A stretch of 64,000 nucleotides of DNA from Terriglobia bacterium (lineage in GTDB: Bacteria > Acidobacteriota > Terriglobia > 20CM-2-55-15), in assembly GCA_963664115.2 (NCBI GenBank), contig CAXWPJ010000010.1:160001-224000 (forward strand), in the 5' to 3' direction. Shown here piece by piece: positions 43,683 through 54,827 of this stretch. Position 1 is the first letter of the stretch. Each line of letters begins with the position of its first letter. The translations under genes were made by a program, and so were the position numbers. Under the pieces are notes generated by a model. That model did no database searches, was not told the DNA's origin, and worked only from the letters and a program-made list of their open reading frames with translations.

Positions 43683-45334
43683 CTAGAGACCCTTTGACGC
43701 AGTACCGGACTCTATCTGTTTTAAGGCCACCGAGATTCTGTCTGCTACGTCGTTCAAGCCTGCTCTTTCGGCGAGCAATTTCGCCCGTAAGAGTGTCTCG
43801 GCATTCAACTCATCAAAATTTCTCGTTCTACTTCCAGAATAAATCGTTGCGGGTTTTCCTATCAATACCGGATCAAGGTCAAATTGATCGCCTGTCAGAT
43901 CAACGTCAAGAGTCATATCTGCATATTCGATCCGATTGAACCAGTGACTGCCTTCCTTAGTCCTAACGCTAACGAGTTCACCTCCTAGTGGTCCCCGTCA
44001 AACAGACTGTACCTTATTGAGGCTCTTGCGAGCGCGTTGGACTTTTTCAAGGATGTCGGAAGCCTTAGCGGTCCAGATGAACGGCTTTGGATTCTGGTTA
44101 TGGCCGGCGACGTAGTTTTCCACGGCCCTTATTAACTCCGGAACAGAGCAGAAAACCCCACGCCGAAGCCGTTGTTCAGAAAGATCCCGGAAGAAGCGTT
44201 CAACCATGTTGAGCCAGGATGCGCTGGTTGGCGTGAAGTGCACATGAAATCGTGAGTTGCGCTTGAGCCAGTTGACGGCTTTCTGGTGTTTGTGCGTCGC
44301 ATAGTTGTCGCAGATGATATGGATCTGCTTGTCTTTGGGCACGGAGCGTTTGATTGTATTGAGAAACCGAATCCACTCCTGATGCCGATGCTTGGGCATG
44401 CAGGTCCCAATCACTGAACCGTCCAGGGTATTGAGCGCGGCGAACAACGTGGTCGTTCCATTGCGCTTGTAATCGTGGGTCATGGTGCCACCGCGCCCCT
44501 TCTTCAAAGGTAACCCGGGTTCGTACGATCCAGGGCCTGCATCTGGCTCTTCTCATCGCAGGATAAGACGATGGCGGTTTCCGGCGGACTCAGATACAGA
44601 CCGACCACATCCTCCAGCTTCTCGGCAAATTGTTTGTCGTTGGACAGTTTGAATGTGCGTGACAGATGTGGCTTCAGTCCATGGGCCCGCCAAATCCTTC
44701 CGACTGTCGCATCGCTGACTCCGGTCGCCGCCGCCATCAAAGACCGGCTCCAATGCGTCGCGTTGGGGGGCTTCTCTTCAATCGTCTTCTTCACGATCCG
44801 GGCCCGCTTCCGGGCGCTGATCGAGGGAATTCGTCCACTTCGGTGCGCGTCCTTTTCGATCCCTGCCAGTCCATGTCGCACAAAACGATCGCGCCATCGC
44901 CCGGCCTTCTGGCGCGTAATCTTCAGCCGGGCTGCGATATCCTGATTATTCAGCCCTTCGTCGGCCAGTAAGATAATTCGGGATCGTTCTGCCAACCGTA
45001 CCGTCGTACTCCGGCTTCGACTCAGTCGTTTCAATTCCTTGCGACTGTTCGTTATCCAATTCAATCGTTGCTGCTTTTCTCATACCAAGTTCATTTGACG
45101 TTGGAAAAGCAATTACGTTACATTAATTTCGACGGGCTACACTAGCAACTCATACACAATCGTAGCCACCGCTGCGCATTGTCCAGCACCTGGAGCCTTT
45201 GAACTGTATCCCTGTGCCGCAGTATCGGATCCGAAACCCTTTTCAAGTTGTTGGCGAAGTTGCAGTAGTTTCGGGCTAATCGAAGATGGCAGTTGCTCGT
45301 TTTTTGATTTGACCGAGAGCATTTGGACCCCCAA
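43683..45334 (-). pseudogene. YunG-like protein split by IS630
   Basis: Removing the IS joins GQCAAVATIVYELL|GGELVSVRTKEGSHWFNRIE...DLTGDQF in frame. Confidence 0.7.
43985..45145 (-). mobile_element. IS630-family element with frameshifted transposase (43998-45083)
   Basis: CTAG at both ends, IRs CTAGTGGTCCCCGTCAAA / CTAGTGTAGCCCGTCGAA; [33 protein letters not shown]; frameshifts near 44520 and 45045. Confidence 0.88.
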
Positions 45335-45359
45335 CTAAATTATTAGCCACGAAGAGACA

Positions 45360-46488
45360 CTATAGGTCCTGTTTTGTGGCCTTGCCGACATTTTCTCTCA
45401 GTTTGGCAAAGCGTTCCAAATGTTCACCTATGGAGAAGAAGGCGAGAGAAAGTCCAATAAGTTGCAGGACTTCTTCTTGGTCAGGGGCAATCCTTGGACC
45501 GAAAATGTAGAGACCAATGCCGATAATACCTGCCGCAATAACGCCCCCTACTCTGCGCCAATTATGCCTTACCGAGACAGGCACGCGGGCCGTAAATATG
45601 GTTGGCCAAGATTTGAGTTGGGTTTCCACTGTTGCCGATGGATCCTGAGTCGTTTCCTTCTTAGTTTTCTTGTCATCCACACCTGTCTCAAGATCGGTTT
45701 GAATAGCCAATTCACTGTATCCTGGATGAAGACCGAGAAACGTGAACTCTAGGACGTCATACCGACCAAGAACCAGATTTGAAGACCCTTCGAGACGTAC
45801 GATATTCTTGTCGAACTCTGTAACGACTCGAGCCGCGACTAACTTAGAGCGTGGAGGCGGCTCTCGCCACTGCAGGACTCTCAGTCGGTAACGGTCGCCT
45901 TCAACCAAACTGAATCCGTTCGTCTTCGCCGATGATGAACTAAACGTAGAAAACTTTCCCGCCTGGACGTATTTGCCGCTTTCCTTTTGAAAGCCCATGA
46001 TATGGAACATTGGAACGCCCGAAAGATTCGGCTCATCCAACAAAAGCGCGGCCAGGCTAGCCCATGAGGAGGCGAATCCAGATTCGTCCGATCGACCATC
46101 CCAGTTGAGTTCCGGTCATCCGATCGACCATCCCAGTTGAGTTCCGGGTCATAAGTAGTGCGCCGAAAGTACCATGATTCCGGTAGTTGATTGGCCAGGT
46201 CGAATTCTCGAGAAAGACCTAGTAATTTCTTTCCTGCAGCGGTCAATGATTGGCTTGGGCTTGTTCGGGTCGCTCGATCGTAGTCCATAAGAACGGAAGA
46301 ATCTACTGACGCGAACGGACCGAGTCGAAAACGAACGAATATCATGGGTCCAAGGTCTTCGACGCTGACGATGTGGCATAGACGCAAAGGGATGAGTCGC
46401 TTCGTTTCCTGAGAATGAAACAATAGAATTAAAGGTTTCCCTGTTAGACACTTAAGATCTGGAGTTTGCCTTACTCCAGGTTCGACCC
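45360..46488 (-). pseudogene. Hypothetical protein with C-terminal TM helices, frameshifted by a 32-bp duplication and 5'-truncated by IS256
   Basis: Removing one 32-bp unit (46087-46147 region) fuses ORFs 45881-46501 and 45360-46043. Confidence 0.7.
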
Positions 46489-47873
46489 GAGTTATTGTCA
46501 AAAGTGGTGTTTAGGAGATTGATTCAAGCGGCGGCCTGATCGACTTGTGTCGCTTCGACACCATCGTTGAATTTCACTCCGATGATTACCTTGCTCAGAT
46601 CATCGAATCCTCGTAATCGTCGCCAATTGTTCTCAGCGCACTGGCCCAGTTTGAACATCATGTGCAGCATGCCATCCCGTGTCAGGCAACCTCTGGATCG
46701 CTTCGTTCGGTGTCGAATGGTGGCAAAGGTCGACTCAATGGGATTCGTCGTTCTGATGCTCTGCCAGTGCTTGGCCGGAAAGTCGTAAAAGGCCAGCAGT
46801 TCCTCTCTGTCTTTCTGCAGGCAGAGTGTGGCTTTCGGATACTTCGGTTCATAGGTTTCAATGAACAAGTCGAATGCCTTCTCGGCGTCTGCCTTCGTCT
46901 CGGCCTGCCAGATCGAGTGCAGGGCCTGTTTCGCCTTCGCCTGGACCGACTTGGGCAGGCAGTTGAGGACGTTCATGACTTTGTGCATCCAGCAACGTTG
47001 TTGACGTGTCTCGGGATAGATTTCCTCCAGTGCGGCCCAGAACCCCATCGCACCGTCACCGATGGCCAACTTCGGAACATTCATCCCACGGGACTTCAGC
47101 TTCAACAAGACCTCGCGCCAACTCTGTGTCGATTCCCGTACACCGTCTTCGATCGCCAGGAAACGCTTCTCTCCGCGTTCATTCACGCCGATCACGACCA
47201 ATGCACACAACTTGGTTTGTTCCGCCCGAAGTCCGCTGTAGATGCCGTCGGCCCAGACATAGACCCAGCGATCTGCATCCAAACGCTCCTCGCATCCGAG
47301 GCGGTACTGTTCGCCCCAAACCTGTTTCAACCGCGATACCGTGCTCGCCGACAGACCCTGCGCCTGGGGACCGACAAGAACTTTTAGGGCCTCACCCATC
47401 TCGCCGCTGGAAACGCCTTTCAAATACAACCACGGCACCGCTGCTTCCAGCGACTTCGTCTTCCGAATGTACGGTGGTACCAGGGCCGATCGGAACGTCA
47501 CAGCTTCGCCCGTCTTGGCACGGACCTTCGGGATTTGGACTGTTACCGGACCCAATCCCGTCTGCAGTTCGCGTTCCGGCAGATAACCGTTGCGTACCAC
47601 CCCGGCGTTTCCTGTCTCAGTTCGCCGGCCACCGTGCTGGGATAGCAGCTCTGCCAATTCGGCTTCCACTGCGCGTTGGATCAGTTGCTGTGCCCCAACT
47701 CGTAGTAGTTCTGTTACTGGATCCTCAATCGTTTCTCGACCTTCCGGTCCATTCACGTTACTCTTGCTCACAGTGGCGTATCTCCTATGGTTGCTTTGAA
47801 GTTTTGTCACAACAAATCAACCAGATACGCCGCTCTTATTCAATCCCTCAAACACCAGATTCGGTTATAACTC
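46489..47873 (-). mobile_element. IS256-family element copy 1 (transposase 46524-47810)
   Basis: Ends GAGTTATAACCGAATCTGGTGTTT / GAGTTATTGTCAAAAGTGGTGTTT; RNGY, WADGIY, GDGAMG, QRCWMHK, TTNPIES. Confidence 0.95.
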
Positions 47874-47900
47874 GTTCGCCTCTCCATGAAGACAAGACGG

Positions 47901-49390
47901 TGTAGCCCGTCAGAGCATTTCGTACGAAATACCCTAAAAAACTAAGAGACACTTTTCTAATCAGAACGATCTGAAGGAGGATCGAATGAGTGAGAAAGTG
48001 TCGGCAGAGAATCGGGTACGAGAGATTCGTCGAAAGACGCGCAAGAAGTACTCGTCTGAGGAGAAAGTGCGGATCGTGTTGGAAGGGTTGCGAGGCGAAG
48101 AGAGCATCGCAGAACTGTGCCGACGCGAAGGGATTCCGTCAAATCTGTATTACCGGTGGAGCAAGGACTTCCTGGAGGCGGGGAAGAAACGGCTGGCTGG
48201 GGACACGAAGCGGGAAGCGACATCGAGCGAAGTCACCGAGTTGCGGCAGGAAAACGATCAGTTGAAGCAGGTCGTGGCCGAAATACTGCTAAAGAATCGT
48301 TTTCTGAAAAAAACGTTGAACGTAACGGACTCCGAGAGCATCGATATATGAGGCAATCGGGATCTGAGAAGCTGGAGACGATCCGAGTGGTGGAAGACTC
48401 GGAGTTGTCGGTGACAGCGACCCTCCGGGAGCTGGGCGTCCCCCGCAGCACGTTCTACGGTTGGTATCGACGATACAAAGAGCGTGGCGCAGCCGGCTTG
48501 TTAGATCGGCATTCCGGCCCCGGCTTCTGCTGGAACCGGATTCCGGGACCGGTGCGGGAACAGGTGGTCGAAACCGCGTTGAACCACCCGGAAGCCTCAC
48601 CGCGGGAACTGGCCTGGCAGATCACCGACACCCAGGACTACTTCATCTCCGAATCCAGCGTGTATCGGATTCTGAAGAGATGCGACCTGATCACCAGTCC
48701 CGCATACATCGTGATGACGGCCAGCGATCACTTCCAGCAGCCAACCCGGCGTGTGAACGAACTCTGGCAAACTGATTTCACTTACTTCAGGGTCGTCGGT
48801 TGGGGTTGGTACTACCTGTCGACCGTGCTGGACGATTACTCTCGCTACATCATCGCCTGGAAGCTCTTTCAAACCATGGCCGCATCTGACGTTCAGGACA
48901 CGCTGGACGTTGCACTACAGGCGACAGATGTCGGACAAGTACAAGTCCGGCACCGACCGCGATTGTTGAGCGACAACGGCCCCTGCTACGTATCGCACGA
49001 ACTCAAAGACTATTTACAACGTCGTGGTATGGAACACACCCGGGGTGCGCCCTATCACCCGATGACACAGGGCAAGATCGAACGCTATCACCGTTCGATG
49101 AAGAACGTGGTCAAGTTGGAACACTACTATTATCCGTGGGAACTTGAGCAGGCGATCGCGCAATGGGTCGAACACTACAACCACCATCGGTATCACGAAT
49201 CTCTGAACAACGTGACACCGGCTGACGTGTTCTTCGGGAGGGATCAGCAGATCCTTGCACGTCGTGACCAGATCAAAAGAAAAACGCTGGCTCGACGCAA
49301 AATCGAGAACCTTAGGATTGGAGTGGTATAACTTCAAAACCGTCTCTTAGCTAAATGGTCTTTTTGTCCGAATTATTCTGACGACGTACA
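47901..49390 (+). mobile_element. IS3-family element (orfA 47986-48351, orfB to 49331)
   Basis: TGT...ACA imperfect IRs; A7 slippery run near 48306; WQTDFT, LSDNGPCY, QGKIERYH. Confidence 0.88.
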
Positions 49391-49925
49391 CGTGGGTAAC
49401 CGGACAGACCTTTGCTGCGGTCCCATCGTACTGACTTGGAAAACTATCATGGAACAGCCGCGCAAGACGATCCTCGATGAACGTATCGAAGTTGAAAGTG
49501 ATGAACCTTACTTGGGCATTATTTTCGACGAAACTTTCCCACGTAGAAGCATTATCCAGCATTCTTTGAACGATATGCAGAAGCCAATCCTTATCGACTA
49601 GCGGGTCTTCTGCCCCCGCGATCGCCTCTGCCATGAGCGCAGCGGTAACCGCTTTGCCGATAAGCATCGTCGTTTTTTCCTTTTGGTGTTTCTCCAAGAA
49701 AGCGTCAATCGATTTTTCAGGATGTCGTGTGAGATCGTCGACGAATCTTTTCAGCTGCCCGGCTTCGACGCCGAACCTGCTGAGAGACGCGAGTGCGAAC
49801 TGATAAGCTTCATCGTCTGGAATAAGTTGAGTGGCCTTCGTCCTCAGTTCTACACCACTCGGCATTCCGTAGTCCCGACTTCCTCCAGCACCGACCACAA
49901 AAGTTATGGGTGTTCGTATCGTCAC
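49391..49925 (-). pseudogene. SIR2-like domain protein truncated by IS3
   Basis: FVVGAGGS..YGMPSG and ITFNFD motifs; cut at VTH where a HxHG motif would be expected. Confidence 0.7.
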
Positions 49926-50028
49926 TTTTACGAATTGTATCCTGATCGTCTCACGCCCTGAAATTGTCCGGCTGAATAGGCGAAGGAAACGTAGGATGGC
50001 AAAACGACAGGAAAGATCCCTATCAACG

Positions 50029-50241
50029 CTAAGGCGACAGCAACTCCGACGGATGCACGCCGAGGGCCTTGGCGAGTTTGTTGAGGGTCTTCAGGGTGAG
50101 GTTGCGCTCCCCGTATTCGATGTGTTGGTAGTAGCGGTATTCGAATCCGTAGCGGCTCATGTCTTCCTGAGTCAGCCCCTTGGCTTTCCGTAGCTGCCGG
50201 ACGTTCCTGCCCACCAGCTTCATCAGCCGCTCGTCCTTCAT
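50029..50241 (-). CDS. XRE/Cro-C1 HTH regulator (C-protein-like)
   Basis: VGRNVRQLRKAKGLTQEDM...IEYGERNLTLKTLNKLAKALGV. Confidence 0.85.
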   Translation of the reverse strand: MKDERLMKLVGRNVRQLRKAKGLTQEDMSRYGFEYRYYQHIEYGERNLTLKTLNKLAKALGVHPSELLSP

Positions 50242-50334
50242 GACTGAGCAGCCTAGAACCAACGGTCCCAGAGGACCACGGTCTCACATGACCGTATTTT
50301 GCTTGATCTGCTAGTAAGCCTGCGCGACGAGTAC

Positions 50335-51719
50335 GAGTTATAACCGAATCTGGTGTTTGAGGGATTGAATAAGAGCGGCGTATCTGGTTGATTTGTTGTG
50401 ACAAAACTTCAAAGCAACCATAGGAGATACGCCACTGTGAGCAAGAGTAACGTGAATGGACCGGAAGGTCGAGAAACGATTGAGGATCCAGTAACAGAAC
50501 TACTACGAGTTGGGGCACAGCAACTGATCCAACGCGCAGTGGAAGCCGAATTGGCAGAGCTGCTATCCCAGCACGGTGGCCGGCGAACTGAGACAGGAAA
50601 CGCCGGGGTGGTACGCAACGGTTATCTGCCGGAACGCGAACTGCAGACGGGATTGGGTCCGGTAACAGTCCAAATCCCGAAGGTCCGTGCCAAGACGGGC
50701 GAAGCTGTGACGTTCCGATCGGCCCTGGTACCACCGTACATTCGGAAGACGAAGTCGCTGGAAGCAGCGGTGCCGTGGTTGTATTTGAAAGGCGTTTCCA
50801 GCGGCGAGATGGGTGAGGCCCTAAAAGTTCTTGTCGGTCCCCAGGCGCAGGGTCTGTCGGCGAGCACGGTATCGCGGTTGAAACAGGTTTGGGGCGAACA
50901 GTACCGCCTCGGATGCGAGGAGCGTTTGGATGCAGATCGCTGGGTCTATGTCTGGGCCGACGGCATCTACAGCGGACTTCGGGCGGAACAAACCAAGTTG
51001 TGTGCATTGGTCGTGATCGGCGTGAATGAACGCGGAGAGAAGCGTTTCCTGGCGATCGAAGACGGTGTACGGGAATCGACACAGAGTTGGCGCGAGGTCT
51101 TGTTGAAGCTGAAGTCCCGTGGGATGAATGTTCCGAAGTTGGCCATCGGTGACGGTGCGATGGGGTTCTGGGCCGCACTGGAGGAAATCTATCCCGAGAC
51201 ACGTCAACAACGTTGCTGGATGCACAAAGTCATGAACGTCCTCAACTGCCTGCCCAAGTCGGTCCAGGCGAAGGCGAAACAGGCCCTGCACTCGATCTGG
51301 CAGGCCGAGACGAAGGCAGACGCCGAGAAGGCATTCGACTTGTTCATTGAAACCTATGAACCGAAGTATCCGAAAGCCACACTCTGCCTGCAGAAAGACA
51401 GAGAGGAACTGCTGGCCTTTTACGACTTTCCGGCCAAGCACTGGCAGAGCATCAGAACGACGAATCCCATTGAGTCGACCTTTGCCACCATTCGACACCG
51501 AACGAAGCGATCCAGAGGTTGCCTGACACGGGATGGCATGCTGCACATGATGTTCAAACTGGGCCAGTGCGCTGAGAACAATTGGCGACGATTACGAGGA
51601 TTCGATGATCTGAGCAAGGTAATCATCGGAGTGAAATTCAACGATGGTGTCGAAGCGACACAAGTCGATCAGGCCGCCGCTTGAATCAATCTCCTAAACA
51701 CCACTTTTGACAATAACTC
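50335..51719 (+). mobile_element. IS256-family element copy 2 (transposase 50398-51684)
   Basis: Same 1385-bp length and identical transposase protein as copy 1; no target duplication. Confidence 0.95.
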
Positions 51720-51806
51720 CCGAACCACCCCACCGAGCCAATCCCGAGGCAGGTCAGCGCAACCCCCTGAATGATGAGTTGCGGGACTGGACGGATGCAC
51801 CGGCTC

Positions 51807-52250
51807 TCAGAAGAGATCGACTATAAGGTCGACGATCTGTTGCGTCTGCTCATCGAGGACAATCACGTTGCCCCCCAGAACGACCCGCCTCCTCCCTTCA
51901 GGAACTGGTGGCAGCGTTTCTTCTAAATCGGCTGGTAATGGCTGAAGACGTTCCAGCAATCCGGGCGGTAGCGTCCCGTTGCGTTGGAGCTGCCGTTGTA
52001 GCCCCGGAGGTAGCGTTTCACGTCTTGCCAAACCCGGAGGTAGATTTGCGAGGTTTGCTTCATTGGAGAACCACTCACGAATGGAGTTTCGTTCTTCGTC
52101 GGTGAGAGTTCCACGCGGCCCTGAATCCGGCTGCGTGACAGCCCCGCCTCTGCCACCGCGCCCACGTCCTTGTCCCCTGCCTTGTGCAGCAGTCTCGGGG
52201 AGGATGCTTAGAATCAGCGCCACCGCAAGAATCGAACACACCTTTCTCAT
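51807..52250 (-). CDS. Secreted Gly/Pro-rich hypothetical protein (LPPGL repeats, RcnB-like)
   Basis: Signal peptide, GRGQGRG tract, three LPPGL motifs. Confidence 0.75.
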   Translation of the reverse strand: MRKVCSILAVALILSILPETAAQGRGQGRGRGGRGGAVTQPDSGPRGTLTDEERNSIREWFSNEANLANLPPGLARRETLPPGLQRQLQRNGTLPPGLLERLQPLPADLEETLPPVPEGRRRVVLGGNVIVLDEQTQQIVDLIVDLF

Positions 52251-52437
52251 CGGTCACACCTCACTTGGGTCCTTTGTCAGCACAATCTTCTACTAGGGCC
52301 CGATACGAGTCAACCGATCTGACCGAGCCACTCGCCTCGCGCCACTCGATAGCGACTCGCCCTACCGCCTCGGCTCTAAGTTGTTGGTTTTAGGGAATGA
52401 CTCGACGGACTCGGTTGATTCTGGGCTGGGGTGGCAA

Positions 52438-52477
52438 TTCTCAAGGTCCGAGAAGATGATTTCTCAGGACTTGAGAA
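52438..52477 (+). repeat. dif-like palindromic site 2
   Basis: TTCTCA-AGGTCCGAGAA-GATGAT-TTCTCAGGACT-TGAGAA; identical to site 1 over 38 bp. Confidence 0.85.
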
Positions 52478-52541
52478 TCATTTTCACGGTTGAAGGCTCA
52501 GAGCCCTTTTGTCATTCGATAGCTTCATTCTCTCCCACTCT

Positions 52542-52593
52542 GAAATCTCTTCCCTCCCCGCACGGTCCGTTGCAATAATTACGTCCTGTTGAA
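52542..52593 (+). repeat. 52-bp direct repeat, copy 1 (copy 2 at 53934-53985)
   Basis: GAAATCTCTTCCCTC.CCGCACGGTCCGTTGCAATAATTACGTC.TGTTGAA, 2 mismatches. Confidence 0.85.
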
Positions 52594-52694
52594 CTGAAAG
52601 GTTGAATGGACTGAAGCGAGGAAGCATCTCAAGATCCTGAAGGATGATGTTGGGCTGACAATAACCATAGTAAGCTCAACGATGAGAGGAGGAC

Positions 52695-53834
52695 ATGGTG
52701 GCCGCGTTCTGGAAATGGTTCCAATTGTTCTGGTGTTCCTTGATCAACACCCTCCGACTCTTTCTCGGTAGGCCCCCCTCGATGTCGTGTTGGTTGAAAA
52801 GCCATCCGAAGGTCGCAAACAGCATCAAATGGCAGTTCATGTTTCAAGGCTCGGCCTATGACATTCCTGAAACAGCCAAGCGGGCATGGCCGAACTGGTC
52901 TTCTCAAGAAAAGTCTCGGCTGATTACTGCCTTCAATGAGATGTGGCAGTGGATGAAGGCTCAGTCCGGAACTTTCTCGGCCGGCGGAGAAGGCATGGTT
53001 TACCCGCCTATCAACGTCAGGGATACTACGAACGATAACGGTTCTCCGTGGACCGGAGTCAGCCAGGATTACGCCTGGGACCTGTTTGTTCGATGGATTG
53101 CACTTGAACTTGTCGTAGAAATCAGCAGCTACGTTTCCTGGTCGGTTACGGCCTATGACGAGGAGCAACTTCAAGTGCTGTTCGACAGCGTTGCGATCAT
53201 GTCGCGGTTGTCAGATAACAGCTTCACGCTTGCTACCGGGAGTCCAGGGCACTCTAACTATGTCAAGCGCAAGGACAATCTCGGCACATCCCTAATCGCG
53301 CCGCCGCAGTATACTTACGCTTTTCTCGTCAATAGAAATATCGTCGGTGTTTCCCGGATAGAAACTATCGGGAATCTTCTGCAATGGGTCTCCGACAGTC
53401 TGGCCCACTATTACGGGGCCTTCGTGTACCAGGAGACCGAAAACCACTGGCAGTATCGGGGCATCCCTCCGATTACCCGTATCATAGAGGGAACAACTAA
53501 TCCTACTGTCGGTTCGGGCGGACAATTCGATCATTGGACCGCGGGTTGCCACGGCACGACCGGACTCATCCGCAACGTATTGAGAGCGCTAAATATTCCG
53601 GTACACATCTCGACTGTGTGCGGTCACTCGCAGGCGTTCTTCATCACCGAAGGCCTTTACCTCGACCATGGTGATAACCCCTACAACATCACCTTCAAGA
53701 ACACCGGCCAGCCGGCATCCGCTCTACTAATCGATCGCGGCACCTATGTCTCATGGTTTGGAACAAGCACCGACAATCGTAGCAATGGATGCGACAAGAT
53801 CGGACATCAAGTAGACGTGCTGGCTGGAAATTGA
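52695..53834 (+). CDS. Hypothetical protein with transglutaminase-like Cys-His-Asp motif
   Basis: AGCHGTTGLIRNVLRALNIP...GHSQAF...YLDHGD; RBS GGAGG. Confidence 0.7.
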   Translation: MVAAFWKWFQLFWCSLINTLRLFLGRPPSMSCWLKSHPKVANSIKWQFMFQGSAYDIPETAKRAWPNWSSQEKSRLITAFNEMWQWMKAQSGTFSAGGEGMVYPPINVRDTTNDNGSPWTGVSQDYAWDLFVRWIALELVVEISSYVSWSVTAYDEEQLQVLFDSVAIMSRLSDNSFTLATGSPGHSNYVKRKDNLGTSLIAPPQYTYAFLVNRNIVGVSRIETIGNLLQWVSDSLAHYYGAFVYQETENHWQYRGIPPITRIIEGTTNPTVGSGGQFDHWTAGCHGTTGLIRNVLRALNIPVHISTVCGHSQAFFITEGLYLDHGDNPYNITFKNTGQPASALLIDRGTYVSWFGTSTDNRSNGCDKIGHQVDVLAGN

Positions 53835-53933
53835 GGTCCTCAGACTCGTGGTCCGATTGTCGTTAAATCAAGTTTCTTCGCGCAAAGTGTCTGAGTCATC
53901 CGGAGTCTCTATTCCGTTGAACAACTAACCCGC

Positions 53934-53985
53934 GAAATCTCTTCCCTCGCCGCACGGTCCGTTGCAATAATTACGTCTTGTTGAA
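53934..53985 (+). repeat. 52-bp direct repeat, copy 2
   Basis: See 52542-52593. Confidence 0.85.
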
Positions 53986-54066
53986 GGGAGGGAGAATATG
54001 GTCGAGGAAGAGTCTTCGGTCCCACAAGGTGGTGGGAGCATCAGGTGGACATAAAGAGAGCAGAGC

Positions 54067-54480
54067 GTGAATCTATTTCTAGCTTCTCCAAGTGCGATAG
54101 TAAGTCAGAGGTACGATCGTCTCACCATCGTCTGCTTTGGGATTGTTTGGGCAGTCTACGCTTACCTGCCGCACGTTGCGACGCGCTTCCTACGTCCCGA
54201 GGAACAACCACCGCCCGGCGATATTAGGTGGTTATGGGCTCCCGCCTGTGCCGTTACTCTTATCTATATCTGTTTCCCTATCATTCTCCGACTAGACAAA
54301 CTTTGGAAGATATTCACTTTCATTTCAGTGGGCTTGGCAATGTATCTGGCCCACGTCGGCGTTGCAGGTTTCGGCATAATCGATTTGTCATGGTTCGGGT
54401 TCTATTACGGCAGTCTCGGCATGATTCTGCTTCTTTGGAATTCCCCCGATAAACCAGACGATTCAGTTAGATTTGTTTAG
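54067..54480 (+). CDS. Small membrane protein
   Basis: About four hydrophobic segments; start uncertain. Confidence 0.5.
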   Translation: MNLFLASPSAIVSQRYDRLTIVCFGIVWAVYAYLPHVATRFLRPEEQPPPGDIRWLWAPACAVTLIYICFPIILRLDKLWKIFTFISVGLAMYLAHVGVAGFGIIDLSWFGFYYGSLGMILLLWNSPDKPDDSVRFV

Positions 54481-54827
54481 TTTGCAGGGCTGACAGCAAC
54501 CAGCCGCAAATTCCGTCGCCCCCCTCAATTTTTGAGTCAGAAATTTTTTGAGTCCCGTACTTCGATAACTACTTTATGGAGGCTCAATCGTTTGGTTCCA
54601 TCCGACACCCTTGTCGATTTTCCCGTCAGGTTTTTTTCCTACGGTTTTTTGCTTGGTTTTTTTTGATTGAAACTACATACACGTCGACGCTATCGAGGTG
54701 CTGTCATCAAGGGTTGATTCTCGCTTTTTGGTCGTCCCGACGGCTGAGTCTTGTGGTTGGATTCTGTCGTTGATCGAGAGAACGGAAATGTTTTGCATGA
54801 AAACGCATAGCATAAGCGTATGTAGAT

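Noticed and set aside
44504-44530. Programmed frameshift in IS630 transposase
   Set aside because: No slippery motif; a single missing base restores [12 protein letters not shown], and a second frameshift lies near the start, so mutation is more likely
51761-51788. Degenerate dif-like site AACCCCCTGAA-TGATGA-GTTGCGGGACT
   Set aside because: Only about 13/22 arm matches and no outer TTCTCA/TGAG; position near a gene end is suggestive but not sufficient
54558-54584. dif-like TACTTCGATAA-CTACT-TTATGGAGGCT
   Set aside because: 5-bp spacer and poor XerD arm
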